A stretch of 63,322 bases of DNA, filler included, from Octopus bimaculoides (GCF_001194135.2; 5 parts of 5 records of this genome joined end to end with filler, not necessarily neighbours in it); one strand, 5' to 3'. Counted from the whole stretch's first letter, positions 11,732 through 23,344 are shown. A program made the numbers and translations. Notes: a model not told the origin generated them from the sequence alone.

Positions 11732-13529
11732 CTAATAAAAACAAAATGAAAAAGAAAACAAAATCAATGAAAACACTCATCTGTGACTGAGTTGTCAAAA
11801 TGGTTATAACCGAAACAAAGGCAGTGTNNNNNNNNNNNNNNNNTTTTTTTTTTTTTTTTCAACAGAAATATGGTAACAAAAGGCAAAAAAAATCTAGATT
11901 CAGTTAAAACCTTCCCAGGAGTGGCTGTGTGGTAAGTAAAGAGTAAGTAAAGAGTAAGGTGTGCTAGATTGGATCTGAGTAGCCTGAATGTAAAACAGGA
12001 AAAAATATGTGGGTCAGGTGTGGCTTGTTTGATAGGCTTNNNNNNNNNNNNNNNNNNNNNNNNNNNNNNNNNNNNNNNNNNNNNNNNNNNNNNNNNNNNN
12101 NNNNNNNNNNNNNNNNNNNNNNNNNNNNNNNNNNNNNNNNNNNNNNNNNNNNNNNNNNNNNNNNNNNNNNNNNNNNNNNNNNNNNNNNNNNNNNNNNNNN
12201 NNNNNNNNNNNNNNNNNNNNNNNNNNNNNNNNNNNNNNNNNNNNNNNNNNNNNNNNNNNNNNNNNNNNNNNNNNNNNNNNNNNNNNNNNNTAAAACAGGA
12301 AAAAATATGTGGGTCAGGTGTGGCTTGTTTGATAGGCTTAAATTGTTAAAAATTGCTTATTGGAACATTCTGTTTATTCCAGGATGAAACATAATCTAGG
12401 ACATACAATCCACAGCAATATTTTCTTTGCATAAAGCAGTAAGTTGGTAGATTCATTCGTCTGTCTTTATGTTCTGAGTTGAAATTCCACTGAGGTCAAC
12501 AGGTCAATTTGGCCTTTCGTCTTTCCAAGGTCTGTAAAATAAGCACCAGTTGAGTGCTGGGGAGGGGTCAATGTAATCGACTTAGTTACATCCCCCACAA
12601 TTTGAAAACAATATTTACTATCATCATCATCATCGTCGTCGTTTAACGTCNNNNNNNNNNNNNNNNNNNNNNNNNNNNNNNNNNNNNNNNNNNNNNNNNN
12701 NNNNNNNNNNNNNNNNNNNNNNNNNNNNNNNNNNNNNNNNNNNNNNNNNNNNNNNNNNNNNNNNNNNNNNNNNNNNNNNNNNNNNNNNNNNNNNNNNNNN
12801 NNNNNNNNNNNNNNNNNNNNNNNNNNNNNNNNNNNNNNNNNNNNNNNNNNNNNNNNNNNNNNNNNNNNNNNNNNNNNNNNNNNNNNNNNNNNNNNNNNNN
12901 NNNNNNNNNNNNATTTAGTTATCCATAGTCCGATGATATTTCGGAATACAATTCCCTCTTCAAACCTTCTTAGATGGAGTCTCTGCTATAAACTGTTTAC
13001 TAACGGCTTTTCTTCCACCCCCTCCCACCCCCCGTTTTATGAGTTGCATATACCAACCCCAAGATAACAATGTACAGCCAATATCAAATAAAGGAACTCA
13101 CTGAGCATTTTCTTGAGTGCATCGAACGTGACATCATCGACTTTCTGGAAACAGAAACAAATACACTTAGTTACAGATAAACAATCGTATATTTAGCTAC
13201 AACATACAGAAGTGTAATACACTGCAGNNNNNNNNNNNNNNNNNNNNNNNNNNNNNNNNNNNNNNNNNNNNNNNNNNNNNNNNNNNNNNNNNNNNNNNNN
13301 NNNNNNNNNNNNNNNNNNNNNNNNNNNGCTTGAGAAAATTAACTAAATTAGCATAGAATAATGGTTTCATATTTTTTTTTAATAATTAAGATTTAAACTA
13401 TTAATATATTACAAAAAAAAAAGACAGGGTATGGGTTGAGGAGAGATTTGACTTCTATTTCTAGCAGGTCGAATGACTATGAAGGGGCTCCCACATTTTT
13501 ATTTTTTTATTTGCTTCTACCAAACTTAC

Positions 13530-13621
13530 CTTTGGTACTGTAGGTGATCCATTAGTGCTATCAAAATCCAGGTTCACCGAATGGATATCACTTGTGCTGT
13601 GTGTCATATCACTGGTGTCAC
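13530..13621 (-). CDS. EFR3: EFR3 exon
   Basis: Acceptor catttttcag|GT, donor AAG|gtaagt. (G)DTSDMTHSTSDIHSVNLDFDSTNGSPTVPK; phase 1 to 0. Confidence 0.85.
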
Positions 13622-13751
13622 CTGAAAAATGAATACAACAATTGCATGATATGTACATCAATCTAAGCATTATAGTCAGGAACTAGTTTTTGACTGATTT
13701 AAATAGTGATTGCTACACGATTCTCTTTGTAAGCAGATGGGTGACAGAAGC

Positions 13752-13798
13752 TTGTCCTCTGAAGAGTGGCCAACCAGCCATGAAACAAGTCAGAGCAA
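13752..13798 (+). ncRNA. Minimal type I hammerhead ribozyme motif (Penelope pLTR type), near canonical
   Basis: TTGTCCT-CTGAAGA-GTGGC-CAACCA-GCCAT-GAAAC-AA-GTC-AGAGCAA. Intact CUGANGA and GAAA cores, 5-bp helix II, GUC triplet, and a 7-bp helix I with one mismatch. Confidence 0.7.
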
Positions 13799-14113
13799 TC
13801 TTTTAATATTTTTTTTTTTTAATTTGTTTTTGCATATGAAGAGAATGAAAGAGTAGTGAGCTGGCAGAATGGTTAGCACGCTGGGCAAAATGCTTCAGCA
13901 GCATTTCATCTGCCGTTATGTTCTGAGTTCAAATTCTGCCAAGTTGACTTTGCTGTTACCAGCCCTCATCTGTTTGCAAGTACCAGTGCATAACTGGTAC
14001 TTATTTCACTGACTTTGAAAGGATGACAGGCAAACACATTACTCTTGGACTTCTAACCAGGCCTTTTGCAATACTCTTAAAGCCAGGAACTTTTCAGTAC
14101 CCCTCCCTCTTCA

Positions 14114-14145
<32 letters not shown>

Positions 14146-14339
14146 CAAACCTGGTTCAGCTCTCTGGCTTAACAGTTCCAGTCAAACCATCTAATCCTGT
14201 ACCGGTATGGAAAGCGAATGTTAAATGATGATATATGTATATGCATAAAGGAAGGAGAAATAAAAGTAGCATGAGAAAGTGCAGAGCAAATGGGTGAAAA
14301 ATGAGAGAGAAGAAAAAAAGAGCATCTACGAACCTATAC

Positions 14340-14464
14340 CAAGAGGTCTCAGACTGAAAGGAACATCCAAACCAGCAGTATCATGACCACTGTTCTGTAA
14401 GCTCTCAGCTATGGCTTTCTGGGAGAACAACCAGTTCTCTCGGAGTGTGAAATCAATCGGATAA
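14340..14464 (-). CDS. EFR3: EFR3 exon
   Basis: Acceptor ctctcaacag|T, donor TTG|gtatag. YPIDFTLRENWLFSQKAIAESLQNSGHDTAGLDVPFSLRPL; phase 2 to 1. Confidence 0.9.
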
Positions 14465-14598
14465 CTGTTGAGAGAGAGAGAGAGAGACAGAAATGAGATA
14501 AAACATACACAGACTTCTCGAGAGTGAATAACTAGCATCGATTTTGGAAGATTTATTACTAGAAAAAAAAAATTCTATCATTTGTGCTGTACTTGAAA

Positions 14599-15120
14599 AG
14601 ACCGGTCAAGCCAAGTGAAATCATAGTTGTGGTCAATGCTGTAAGATCGTAGTCTGGCCAATGCCAGAAGTGAGATTGTAGTCACGGCTGATGCCAGTGC
14701 TATCTGACTGGCATGTAAAAATTACCATTTGAGCACTGAGCCTCATAGAGGCAGTAACAGGTGGCCGAGACCTTTGGCAATATACCATGCTTGTGTAGAC
14801 CTGTCAAGCCAAATGAGATCGTAGTCATGGCCAATGCTGGCAGGTGAGATTGTAGTTGTGGCCGATGCCAGTGTCACATAACTGGTATGTAAAAAGCGCC
14901 CTTCAAATGTTGGGTGATACACTGTGCTTGAGGAGACCTGTCGAGCCAAGTGAAATCATAGTTGTGGTCAATGCCAGTACTGTCAGACAGGCACCCATTC
15001 CAGTGGCACGTAAAAAGCATCATTCAAGTGTTGGGCCTCAGAGAGGCAGTGCCAGGTGACCAAAACTTTTGGTGATACACCGTGCTTCTGTAGACCTGTC
15101 ATGCCAAGTGAGTCAGCAAC
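14599..15120 (+). repeat. Complex imperfect tandem array (four units of about 137-198 nt)
   Basis: AGACC(T/G)GTC(A/G)AGCCAA-type unit starts at 14599, 14797, 14934 and 15092; internal sub-repeats GAGATCGTAGTC-TGGCCAATGC. Confidence 0.7.
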
Positions 15121-15372
15121 TGACTCAGAACAATATTGTATGTATGCATGAGCTTTTCTCAATGAGAACATCACAAATCAGTTCACCTTAAAGTGCTTTC
15201 TGTACCAAATTACAGATATACTATTTATTATTACCAGGAATGTGATGAACATGAAAAATAATCTATCGTAAACTTGATAATAATGTTGCTGTAGTTCACA
15301 ATGGGAATTTAAAAATTGATAAACATAATAGCAAGAAATAAAGAAGGAATGAAAATGTGTCATTTTGCTAAC

Positions 15373-15449
15373 CTGCTAGGCTTGTTTTTACGATTGAAGG
15401 CAAACTCTGGCAGCAGGAATGAGGCTTCCTGTGATCGGGATTCAAGCAC
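15373..15449 (-). CDS. EFR3: EFR3 exon (missed by the ORF track)
   Basis: Acceptor tctctttcccag|GTG, donor AG|gttagc. VLESRSQEASFLLPEFAFNRKNKPS(S); phase 0 to 2 links the flanking exons exactly. Confidence 0.9.
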
Positions 15450-15651
15450 CTGGGAAAGAGAACACACACATAAATAAATAAATAAATAAATATATATATT
15501 TAAGCAAGTTGAATATTTTGGTCAGATATGGCCAGTTTGAATACTCAAGGGTTAAGCAATCATTTTGGCCAAAGATCTGATGAGTGGAGGCTGACTCGCA
15601 GCCAAAAAGCATGAGAAAAAAAACCGAAAACACCAAGAATTTATCCTTTAC

Positions 15652-15780
15652 CTGGTTGACATGTTCTGAGAATGCAGGAATGGACATCAAATGACATAGC
15701 AGATTTAAGTAAGCAGCCAACAGACCATGAATGGCACACTTGTGGGTGATCGGAAGGTGGTTGTTCGTGCACACCATGTG
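15652..15780 (-). CDS. EFR3: EFR3 exon
   Basis: Acceptor tttatttcag|CAC, donor CAG|gtaaag. HMVCTNNHLPITHKCAIHGLLAAYLNLLCHLMSIPAFSEHVNQ matches EFR3 AAYLNL...PAF..H. Confidence 0.95.
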
Positions 15781-16998
15781 CTGAAATAAATAATTAAATA
15801 TATAAATAATTAGATCAATAAATAAGCATGGGAAAGTAGACATTAAACTGATGATGATGGTGATGATAATGAAATAAAAATATAAACAATAATAATGGTT
15901 TCAAATTTTGGCACAAGGACAGTAAGTTTGGAGGAAGGGGCAATTTGATTACATCAACCCCCAGTGCTTGACTGGTATTTATTTTATTGACCCTGAAAGG
16001 ATGAAAGGCAAAGTCGACCTCTGTGCAGTTTGAACTCAGAACATGAAGATGGATAAAATACCAATAAGCATATACTCTTTTAGTCTTATTTGTTTCAGTC
16101 ATTTGACTGTGGCCATGCTGGAGCACCGCCTTTAGGACTAAAGGCAAAGTTGACCTCAACAGAATTTGAACTCAGAATGTAGTGGCAGACAAACTACTAC
16201 CAAGCATTTCGCCCGACCTGCTAACAATTCTGCCAGCTTATCACTTTCTATAGTAAAAAACAAAAACTGAGAATATCTGTGTGTGTGCAACACCAAAACT
16301 CGAGAACTACCCAACCGATTTCATTCAAATTTTACACATGCCTTACATAGGGCCCATGGAGTGTCATGGTCCCCCAAAAAATTATCGACTTCTTGCCTAA
16401 TGCAAGCCTGGAGCATTTTCTTACCTCTTACATTTCTTATCTCTTATCTTTCAGCATTGTGTCAAAAGTGAAACAATAACATCTCCATACTTTCAGTTTA
16501 ATACTTGCATTATTAATACTGAAACTATTATATCACATATATACATGCATACACACACACACACACACACACATATATGCATACATATATGTATACATAT
16601 ATCTATAAAAAAATTTATATATATAAACACTGATCACAGAACAAACATCAAATTCAAGTCAACGATTTTATATATAACACAATACTTCCAAACATTTGAT
16701 CATATATAAACATTACCATGGCTCTTAAACATATAAAAAAAATATACATATACATATATAAATTTGTTGACTCAATTTTTTTTGTCTGTTTCAATTACAT
16801 TTGAGCATTTCATTTTTGCAGTCCTATAAACTCTTTTGTTTCCATAGAAATAGACAATACTTACTTCTTGCTGTGTGTGTATATATATATATGTATATAT
16901 ATTGATAGGAAGGACAACAAAAGAAAGAAAGAGACCTCGATATTATGTAAATAGAGGAATTTATCTGCAAAAATATATGACAGTTATTCGGTAGTCAT

Positions 16999-17059
16999 GA
17001 TAAAACTCCGAGTTTCGGATTCCGGGGTGGAAGCCCACGCCAACATTTCTTCAGTTATC
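16999..17059 (-). ncRNA. Type I hammerhead-like motif, left arm of palindrome
   Basis: Reverse complement reads GATAA-CTGAAGA-AATGTTGG...CCGGAATC-C-GAAAC-TCGGA-GTT-TTATC; helix II is weaker than in the right copy. Confidence 0.5.
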
Positions 17060-17102
17060 CAGCCATTGAAAATGGAATTTTCACAGGAATTTCCAATGGC
17101 CG

Positions 17103-17163
17103 GATAACTGAAGAGATGTTGGTGTGGGCTTCCACCCCGGCATCCGAAACTCAGAGTTTTATC
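17103..17163 (+). ncRNA. Type I hammerhead-like motif, right arm of palindrome
   Basis: GATAA-CTGAAGA-GATGTTGG...CCGGCATC-C-GAAAC-TCAGA-GTT-TTATC. Helix I GATAA/TTATC, near-palindromic helix III, GUU triplet; one extra C before GAAA. Confidence 0.6.
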
Positions 17164-17223
17164 ATGACTACCGAATAAGTGTCATATATTTTTACAGATT
17201 ATATATATATACATATATATATA

Positions 17224-17547
17224 CTAGCAGCTAAGCCCGGTTTCACCCAGTCTCTTTGGATGATGTGGCTGGGATCGTTTTCGGTTAGGCATAATCTATA
17301 ACAGCGTTTCTCAACCTTATCATTTCGGGTCCCCTGTTTCGATTGGAGCCTCCAGCTGTATGAAAATCTCCTGACTCCCCACCCCCTAGTCAGACAACAG
17401 TTTCAGGAGTTGTGAAGAACGAATTTGTACGTAGTCTGTTTCTCAGAGCTATTCTCTTGGACCTCTGTCTAATCATTAAAACATTGGGCGATCTTTCGAT
17501 ATGGGAACACAAGACTGTCACTTACAAACTACGTGTGTTTATATAGA
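17224..17547 (-). mobile_element. Non-autonomous Helitron-like element
   Basis: On the minus strand it starts A|TCTATATA and ends with a short GC hairpin-like CTGGGTGAAACCGGG followed by CTAG|T; inserted between A and T. Confidence 0.55.
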
Positions 17548-17949
17548 TTTTTGAAAATGATCATCAGTTTACTCTTTTACTCTTTTACTTGTTTCAGTCT
17601 TTTGACTGTGGCCATGCTGGAGCACCGCCTTTAGTCGAGAAAATCGACCCCAGGACTTATTCTTTGGAAACCTAGTACTTATTCTATCGGTCTCTTTTGC
17701 CGAACCGCTAAGTTACGGGTTGGTAAGCAAGCTACTTACCACACAGCCACTCCTATAAAAAATTTTTATTATTTTAAGATGAGGTTGGGTGGGAAGGGGA
17801 TCTTTTGAAGTTAGTGTGAAAATGAAAGAGACAGAGAGAGCGTGATTGTATGAGTGAAGTTCTTTTGAAGTCTGCACGAAGCAGAAGAATTGATGTGCAT
17901 TCATGCATGAGGGTGTGTGCGTGTGTGTTTGATGAGGTTTGCAAGACAA

Positions 17950-18029
17950 TGTGTGGTGTGTATGTGAATTGCTTTTGTCAGTGTATGAAAAGACAAAGGG
18001 AGTAATGTTGCTGGTGTGTGTGTGTATGT

Positions 18030-18072
<43 letters not shown>

Positions 18073-18618
18073 AGAGAGAGAGAGAGAAAGAGACAGACAA
18101 AAAGAGAGAAAGGAAGAGAGAGAGACGTAACTGAAATTTTTTATTCAGTTTGTAGTGAATGAATGTGTGAGTGATTGACAGAGAGAGAGAGGGAGGGAGG
18201 GAGAGGGAGAGAGGGAGGGAGAGTGAGAGAGAGGGAGAGAAGTTATGTATGTAGGTATGAATGAATGGCTTCATACATACATACATATATATATAACACA
18301 CATGCACACACACCTCTCACATACACAATAGTCACTCATATACATAACACATACGCACGAAAACATACACAATATACACATACACACACGCGCACACGGA
18401 AACACATACAGACACACAAACACACACACACCCGTACCTAACACTCACAATCCCACACACACACGCACATCCACACATATACACACACACTTCTCACCAA
18501 CACTACATACTCACACAGACACGCATACAATCATACACACATGGGCATAAACAACACGCATATACAATAGCAAACGCACGCACACACACGTACACAGCAA
18601 CGCACATACACACAACAT
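17950..18618. repeat. Compound (GA)n/(CA)n microsatellite field
   Basis: Direct reading of degenerate GA then CA repeats up to the N gap. Confidence 0.9.
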
Positions 18619-19202
18619 NNNNNNNNNNNNNNNNNNNNNNNNNNNNNNNNNNNNNNNNNNNNNNNNNNNNNNNNNNNNNNNNNNNNNNNNNNNNNNNNNN
18701 NNNNNNNNNNNNNNNNNNNNNNNNNNNNNNNNNNNNNNNNNNNNNNNNNNNNNNNNNNNNNNNNNNNNNNNNNNNNNNNNNNNNNNNNNNNNNNNNNNNN
18801 NNNNNNNNNNNNNNNNNNNNNNNNNNNNNNNNNNNNNNNNNNNNNNNNNNNNNNNNNNNNNNNNNNNNNNNNNNNNNNNNNNNNNNNNNNNNNNNNNNNN
18901 NNNNNNNNNNNNNNNNNNNNNNNNNNNNNNNNNNNNNNNNNNNNNNNNNNNNNNNNNNNNNNNNNNNNNNNNNNNNNNNNNNNNNNNNNNNNNNNNNNNN
19001 NNNNNNNNNNNNNNGTTCTGTTATCACACACACACTCGCAGACTTTCGCAAACGCACAGATTCATCTCCCTTTTTCACTCTCCTATCTTAGAAAGAACTT
19101 TTCCCCCACCACCTCCTCTTCCGGTCTTTTCATCATGTAACCTCGTGGGCATCGGTACCATTTTCCTCTTTCTCCGTTCTTCCATTCTCCGAACTTTCCA
19201 TC

Positions 19203-19235
19203 TTTCCGACGAAGGGCTACGCCCGAAACATCATA
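19203..19235 (+). ncRNA. Decayed minimal hammerhead motif in a PLE pLTR
   Basis: TTT-CCGACGA-A-GGGC-TAC-GCCC-GAAAC-ATC-ATA; differs from CTGACGA...GAAACGTC at two core positions and lies about 340 nt upstream of the PLE RT fragment. Confidence 0.5.
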
Positions 19236-19569
19236 CACTCTCTCTTTCCTTTCCTGAGCGTCCAATAATACTATCCATATCACGTCCTCACTTTGTTGTT
19301 TTTTTGTTTTTTTGTTATTGTTTTTTTTAACTATATATATATATATATATATAAATCTATATATATGAACATTGATCACAGAACAAACGTCAAATTCAAA
19401 CCAACGACTTTATATATAACACCATGCCTCCAAACATTTGATCATATACAAATGTTACTATAGTTCTTAAACATATAAACACACACGCACGCATTCAGGT
19501 TGTTATGTATGTATGTATGTATGTATAAATGTATGTATCTATGTATGGCCAAGAGAGAGTTAACTGAAA

Positions 19570-19942
19570 TTGATGGCCTACTTAGAATTGCAGATCTACG
19601 ACAAATCCAAAACTAGATATGGCCTGTCTTTCCACCAATACCTGTTGAAGAATTGGAAACGTTACTTGGATGATTGCCTCATCCTATGGTCCCACACACT
19701 CGACCAACTCTTTGACTTCAAAACCCTAATTAACAGTGTCAACAACCATTTCCAATTTACAATGGAATACAGTCAAGACCAACTTCCTTTTCTTGACATT
19801 CTCATTATAAAAATGGGTACCAGCATTGAGACTGATATTCATTACAAACCGACTGATTCCAAGCAATACCTTCTGTTCACCTCCAATCACCCAAACCATA
19901 CAAAGACAAACATTCCCTTCAACCTTGCGAGAAGAACTTGCA
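19570..19942 (+). mobile_element. Penelope-like element reverse transcriptase fragment
   Basis: WKRYLDDCL, FQFTME..QLPFLD, IHYKPT..KQYL..SNHP.HTK.NIPFNLARR are PLE RT and thumb motifs; runs into an N gap. Confidence 0.9.
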
Positions 19943-20821
19943 NNNNNNNNNNNNNNNNNNNNNNNNNNNNNNNNNNNNNNNNNNNNNNNNNNNNNNNNNN
20001 NNNNNNNNNNNNNNNNNNNNNNNNNNNNNNNNNNNNNNNNNNNNNNNNNNNNNNNNNNNNNNNNNNNNNNNNNNNNNNNNNNNNNNNNNNNNNNNNNNNN
20101 NNNNNNNNNNNNNNNNNNNNNNNNNNNNNNNNNNNNNNNNNNNNNNNNNNNNNNNNNNNNNNNNNNNNNNNNNNNNNNNNNNNNNNNNNNNNNNNNNNNN
20201 NNNNNNNNNNNNNNNNNNNNNNNNNNNNNNNNNNNNNNNNNNNNNNNNNNNNNNNNNNNNNNNNNNNNNNNNNNNNNNNNNNNNNNNNNNNNNNNNNNNN
20301 NNNNNNNNNNNNNNNNNNNNNNNNNNNNNNNNNNNNNNNNNNNNNNNNNNNNNNNNNNNNNNNNNNNNNNNNNNNNNNNNNNNNNNNNNNNNNNNNNNNN
20401 NNNNNNNNNNNNNNNNNNNNNNNNNNNNNNNNNNNNNNNNNNNNNNNNNNNNNNNNNNNNNNNNNNNNNNNNNNNNNNNNNNNNNNNNNNNNNNNNNNNN
20501 NNNNNNNNNNNNNNNNNNNNGTGTTAAGCAGGAAATGTGGTGTCAACTACTATTGAACTACAAAAGCTCAAAGACAATATAATGTATGGGTATATTTATT
20601 TTTTTATATATTATTGTTTTATATATTATTTTCTTCATTTTGTACTTCTTTGTAAAAAAACATTTTCATTCTCCTTCTTCTTGATAATTTGCTTTTTCGC
20701 AATGAAAACCGGTTAGAAGAAATCTTTATTAAAATATGCTTCCAGTTCAGCATTCTGGCTTTTTTCCATTTTCCTATTATTTCTCCACGTGCGGTTAACA
20801 CAACCCCACTATTTACTGACT

Positions 20822-20855
<34 letters not shown>

Positions 20856-21084
20856 CTCTTTACTCTTTTACTTGTTTCAGTCATTTGACTGCGGCCATGC
20901 TGGAGCACTCCTTTTAGTTGAGAAAATCAACTTTTCCGAAAATCTGCTCATCCATTAGATTGCCCATGGGCAGTTATTTGTGGTTTAAAAGTTGAAACAG
21001 AGCGAGTGTTCTTGTTTGCATTTTGTTTAGACGTTCATTTGCTCTACATGTGTAGATAAATTCAAAGGATTTTTATTCCCAATA

Positions 21085-22230
21085 ATGGAGTCAAAAGAAA
21101 AATATCAAAACATGTTCGACTATCATATACCATTAGTGAAAAATTGATTGCTATTAAACACATTCTAACAATTTACCTGCTGTGTCAAGAGACTTAGCTA
21201 TTGATAGAAAACGATTGAGAGAATGGTGCACAAAAGAAACTTGAGTTAATCAATATGCCAGACGAGAGTAGGCACAGATCAATTGGTGGGGGTAGAGGAC
21301 CAGCACATAGAGATCTAGAGACTGAACTCTTACAGTGGATTGTTGTTCAGCATGCAAACAATATAATTTTGAATTATCGCCATTTATGGGAATATACTTT
21401 TGAATTTGTAAAAAGGTTTAGAATTGAAATAAACAGCTTTAGATGTTCTGATAAATGGATTTTCTATTTCATGAAAAGGAATAAACTGACTGTGAGAAAG
21501 ATTACACATGTTGGTCAAGCGGACAATAAAACACTTGGAGAAAAGGCACAAATCGCCAGTGACTATCATCATCATCGTTTAACGTCCGCTTTCCATGCTA
21601 GCATGGGTTGGACGATTTGACAGAGGACTGGTGAAACCAGATGGCTACACCAGGCTCCAATCTGATCTGGCAGAGTTTCTTCAGCTGGATGCCCTTCCTA
21701 ACGCCAACCACTCAGAGAGTGTAGTGGGTGCTTTTACGTGTCACCCGCACGGAGGCCAGTCAGGCGGTACTGGCCCAGTATTAGCAGCAGATAAGGATAC
21801 TGACCAGATCTATAATGTGAATGAAACACTTGTATACATTGACAACTTTGCTCGCCACTGTGGTGCTACCAAAGCTCGTTTTACTGCTGTGTTGTGTGTT
21901 AATGCTGCTGGAAAGGTGTTGAAAACAATGATTATCCTTAAAGGGTTGAAAAACGTGCCTAAAATCAAGGTCCCAAAGACTATTTACTTAACAGTCTCCA
22001 ACAAGGGATCAATCACATATGAACTCATGCTGCTGTGTGCTGACAAAGTGTTTGGGTAGAGCTATTCCATGCTCAAAATTTAGTGCTATTCATGGATGAA
22101 TGTTCAGTGCACAAGAAAACAGAACTCCTAGAAGTGTTCAAACGTAGGAATACAACTCTCAAACTTATACCTCCTAACACAACATCTTACTTTCAACCGT
22201 TAGACGTATCAATTATTGATCCTTGAGGTA
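21085..22230 (+). mobile_element. pogo/Tigger-type transposase pseudogene interrupted by a SINE
   Basis: HTH-like YTISEKL and SRDLAIDRKRLREW; CENP-B-like DLETELLQWI and FRCSDKWIFYFMKRNKLTVRKITH; DDE_1-like RFTAVLCVNAAG, FMDECSVH, IPPNTTSYFQPLDV. Stops and frameshifts. Confidence 0.85.
21567..21774 (-). mobile_element. (GAT)n-tailed retroposon 3' end inserted in the pogo relic
   Basis: CATCATCATCGTTTAACGTCCGCTTTCCATGCTAGCATGGGTTGGACG...; near-identical to 5683-5975. Confidence 0.8.
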
Positions 22231-22749
22231 AATGTGCCAGATGCACATAATGACAAAATTGAAGAAGAAAATGAGATACAAGTAAGTGAAATTAGCTCTG
22301 ATGTGAATTATGGCCAAGCAACAAATGAAGAAATTCATGATATTTAACTTGAAACTATTCGGTTATTATTCTACCATAAATGCCCAAGGACATCATTTGT
22401 TCATATGAAGCTTCTATTCAGGTTTTCAACAGTTTAATTTTCAATATTTCCTAATAGATCCATTGTTAACTTCAGAATATTTTTTAATAAGCTACTTCTT
22501 TTAAGCCTACTTCAGTTTCTTTATGTCTATATATCTGATAACTGAAACGATGGAAGTTCAATGGAATTGTATAAAATAAATATGGTTTTTGAGAATATCC
22601 TTGATTTTCTTAGGTGAAATATTTTACTTCCATATAACCGACCATGGGCGCCTATTATAGGTAGGCAGTTGTTTAAGCCAAAAAATAGTTTTGTAAAATG
22701 GAATTTTCCATTTAACAGCCCTGGACAGATTTTCAGAAAACCCCGAAAG

Positions 22750-22929
22750 ACATGGAATTTTGTAGGAGGGGACTAGTCAATATAATTGACCCCAGTGATC
22801 AACTGGTGCTTATTTTATTGACCCTGAGAGGATGAACAGGTAAAGTTAACCTCGGCAGAATTTGAACTCAGATCATAAAGACGGACAAAATGCAGTTAAG
22901 TATTTTGCCCAGCTTGCTAACTAACGATG

Positions 22930-22967
<38 letters not shown>

Positions 22968-23290
22968 CCTTTCTACTGTAGACACAAGGACTGAAATTTT
23001 AGGGAAGGGAACTAATCAATTACACCGACCCCAGTGCTCGACCTTGTAAGGATGAATGGCAAAGTTGACATTGACAGAATTTGAAACTCAGAACATAAAG
23101 ACAGACAAAATGCTGCTTAGGCATTTTGCTTGATGTGCTAATGATTCTGCCAGCACACTGCTTAAATAATAATAATATTAATAATGATAACAATAATAAT
23201 AATCTTTTCTACTACAGCCACAATACCTGGAATTTGGGCGGAGAGGGGGAGAGTCAATTACATCAATCTCCAGTGCTTAACTGGTACTTA
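22750..23290 (-). mobile_element. Cluster of 2-3 tandem SINEs of the 41498 family separated by (AAT)n
   Basis: Repeated GACCCCAGTG, GAAAGGATGAA-like and CAGAATTTGAACTCAGA segments. Confidence 0.75.
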
Positions 23291-23344
23291 TGAAATAGCT
23301 CTCACCTGGAGTTAAACAAGAACAACAATTAGAAGTCTATTTAC

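Larger units (their letters stand above)
16963..17199. repeat. Long inverted repeat (111-bp arms, 15-nt loop), probably an inverted PLE pLTR pair
   Basis: 16963-17073 versus the reverse complement of 17089-17199, 8 mismatches by manual alignment; set in (TA)n. Confidence 0.9.

Noticed and set aside
19570-20556. Long ORFs in the track (328, 322, 306, 274 aa and others)
   Set aside because: Their length comes from X runs across N gaps; only the called parts were interpreted.
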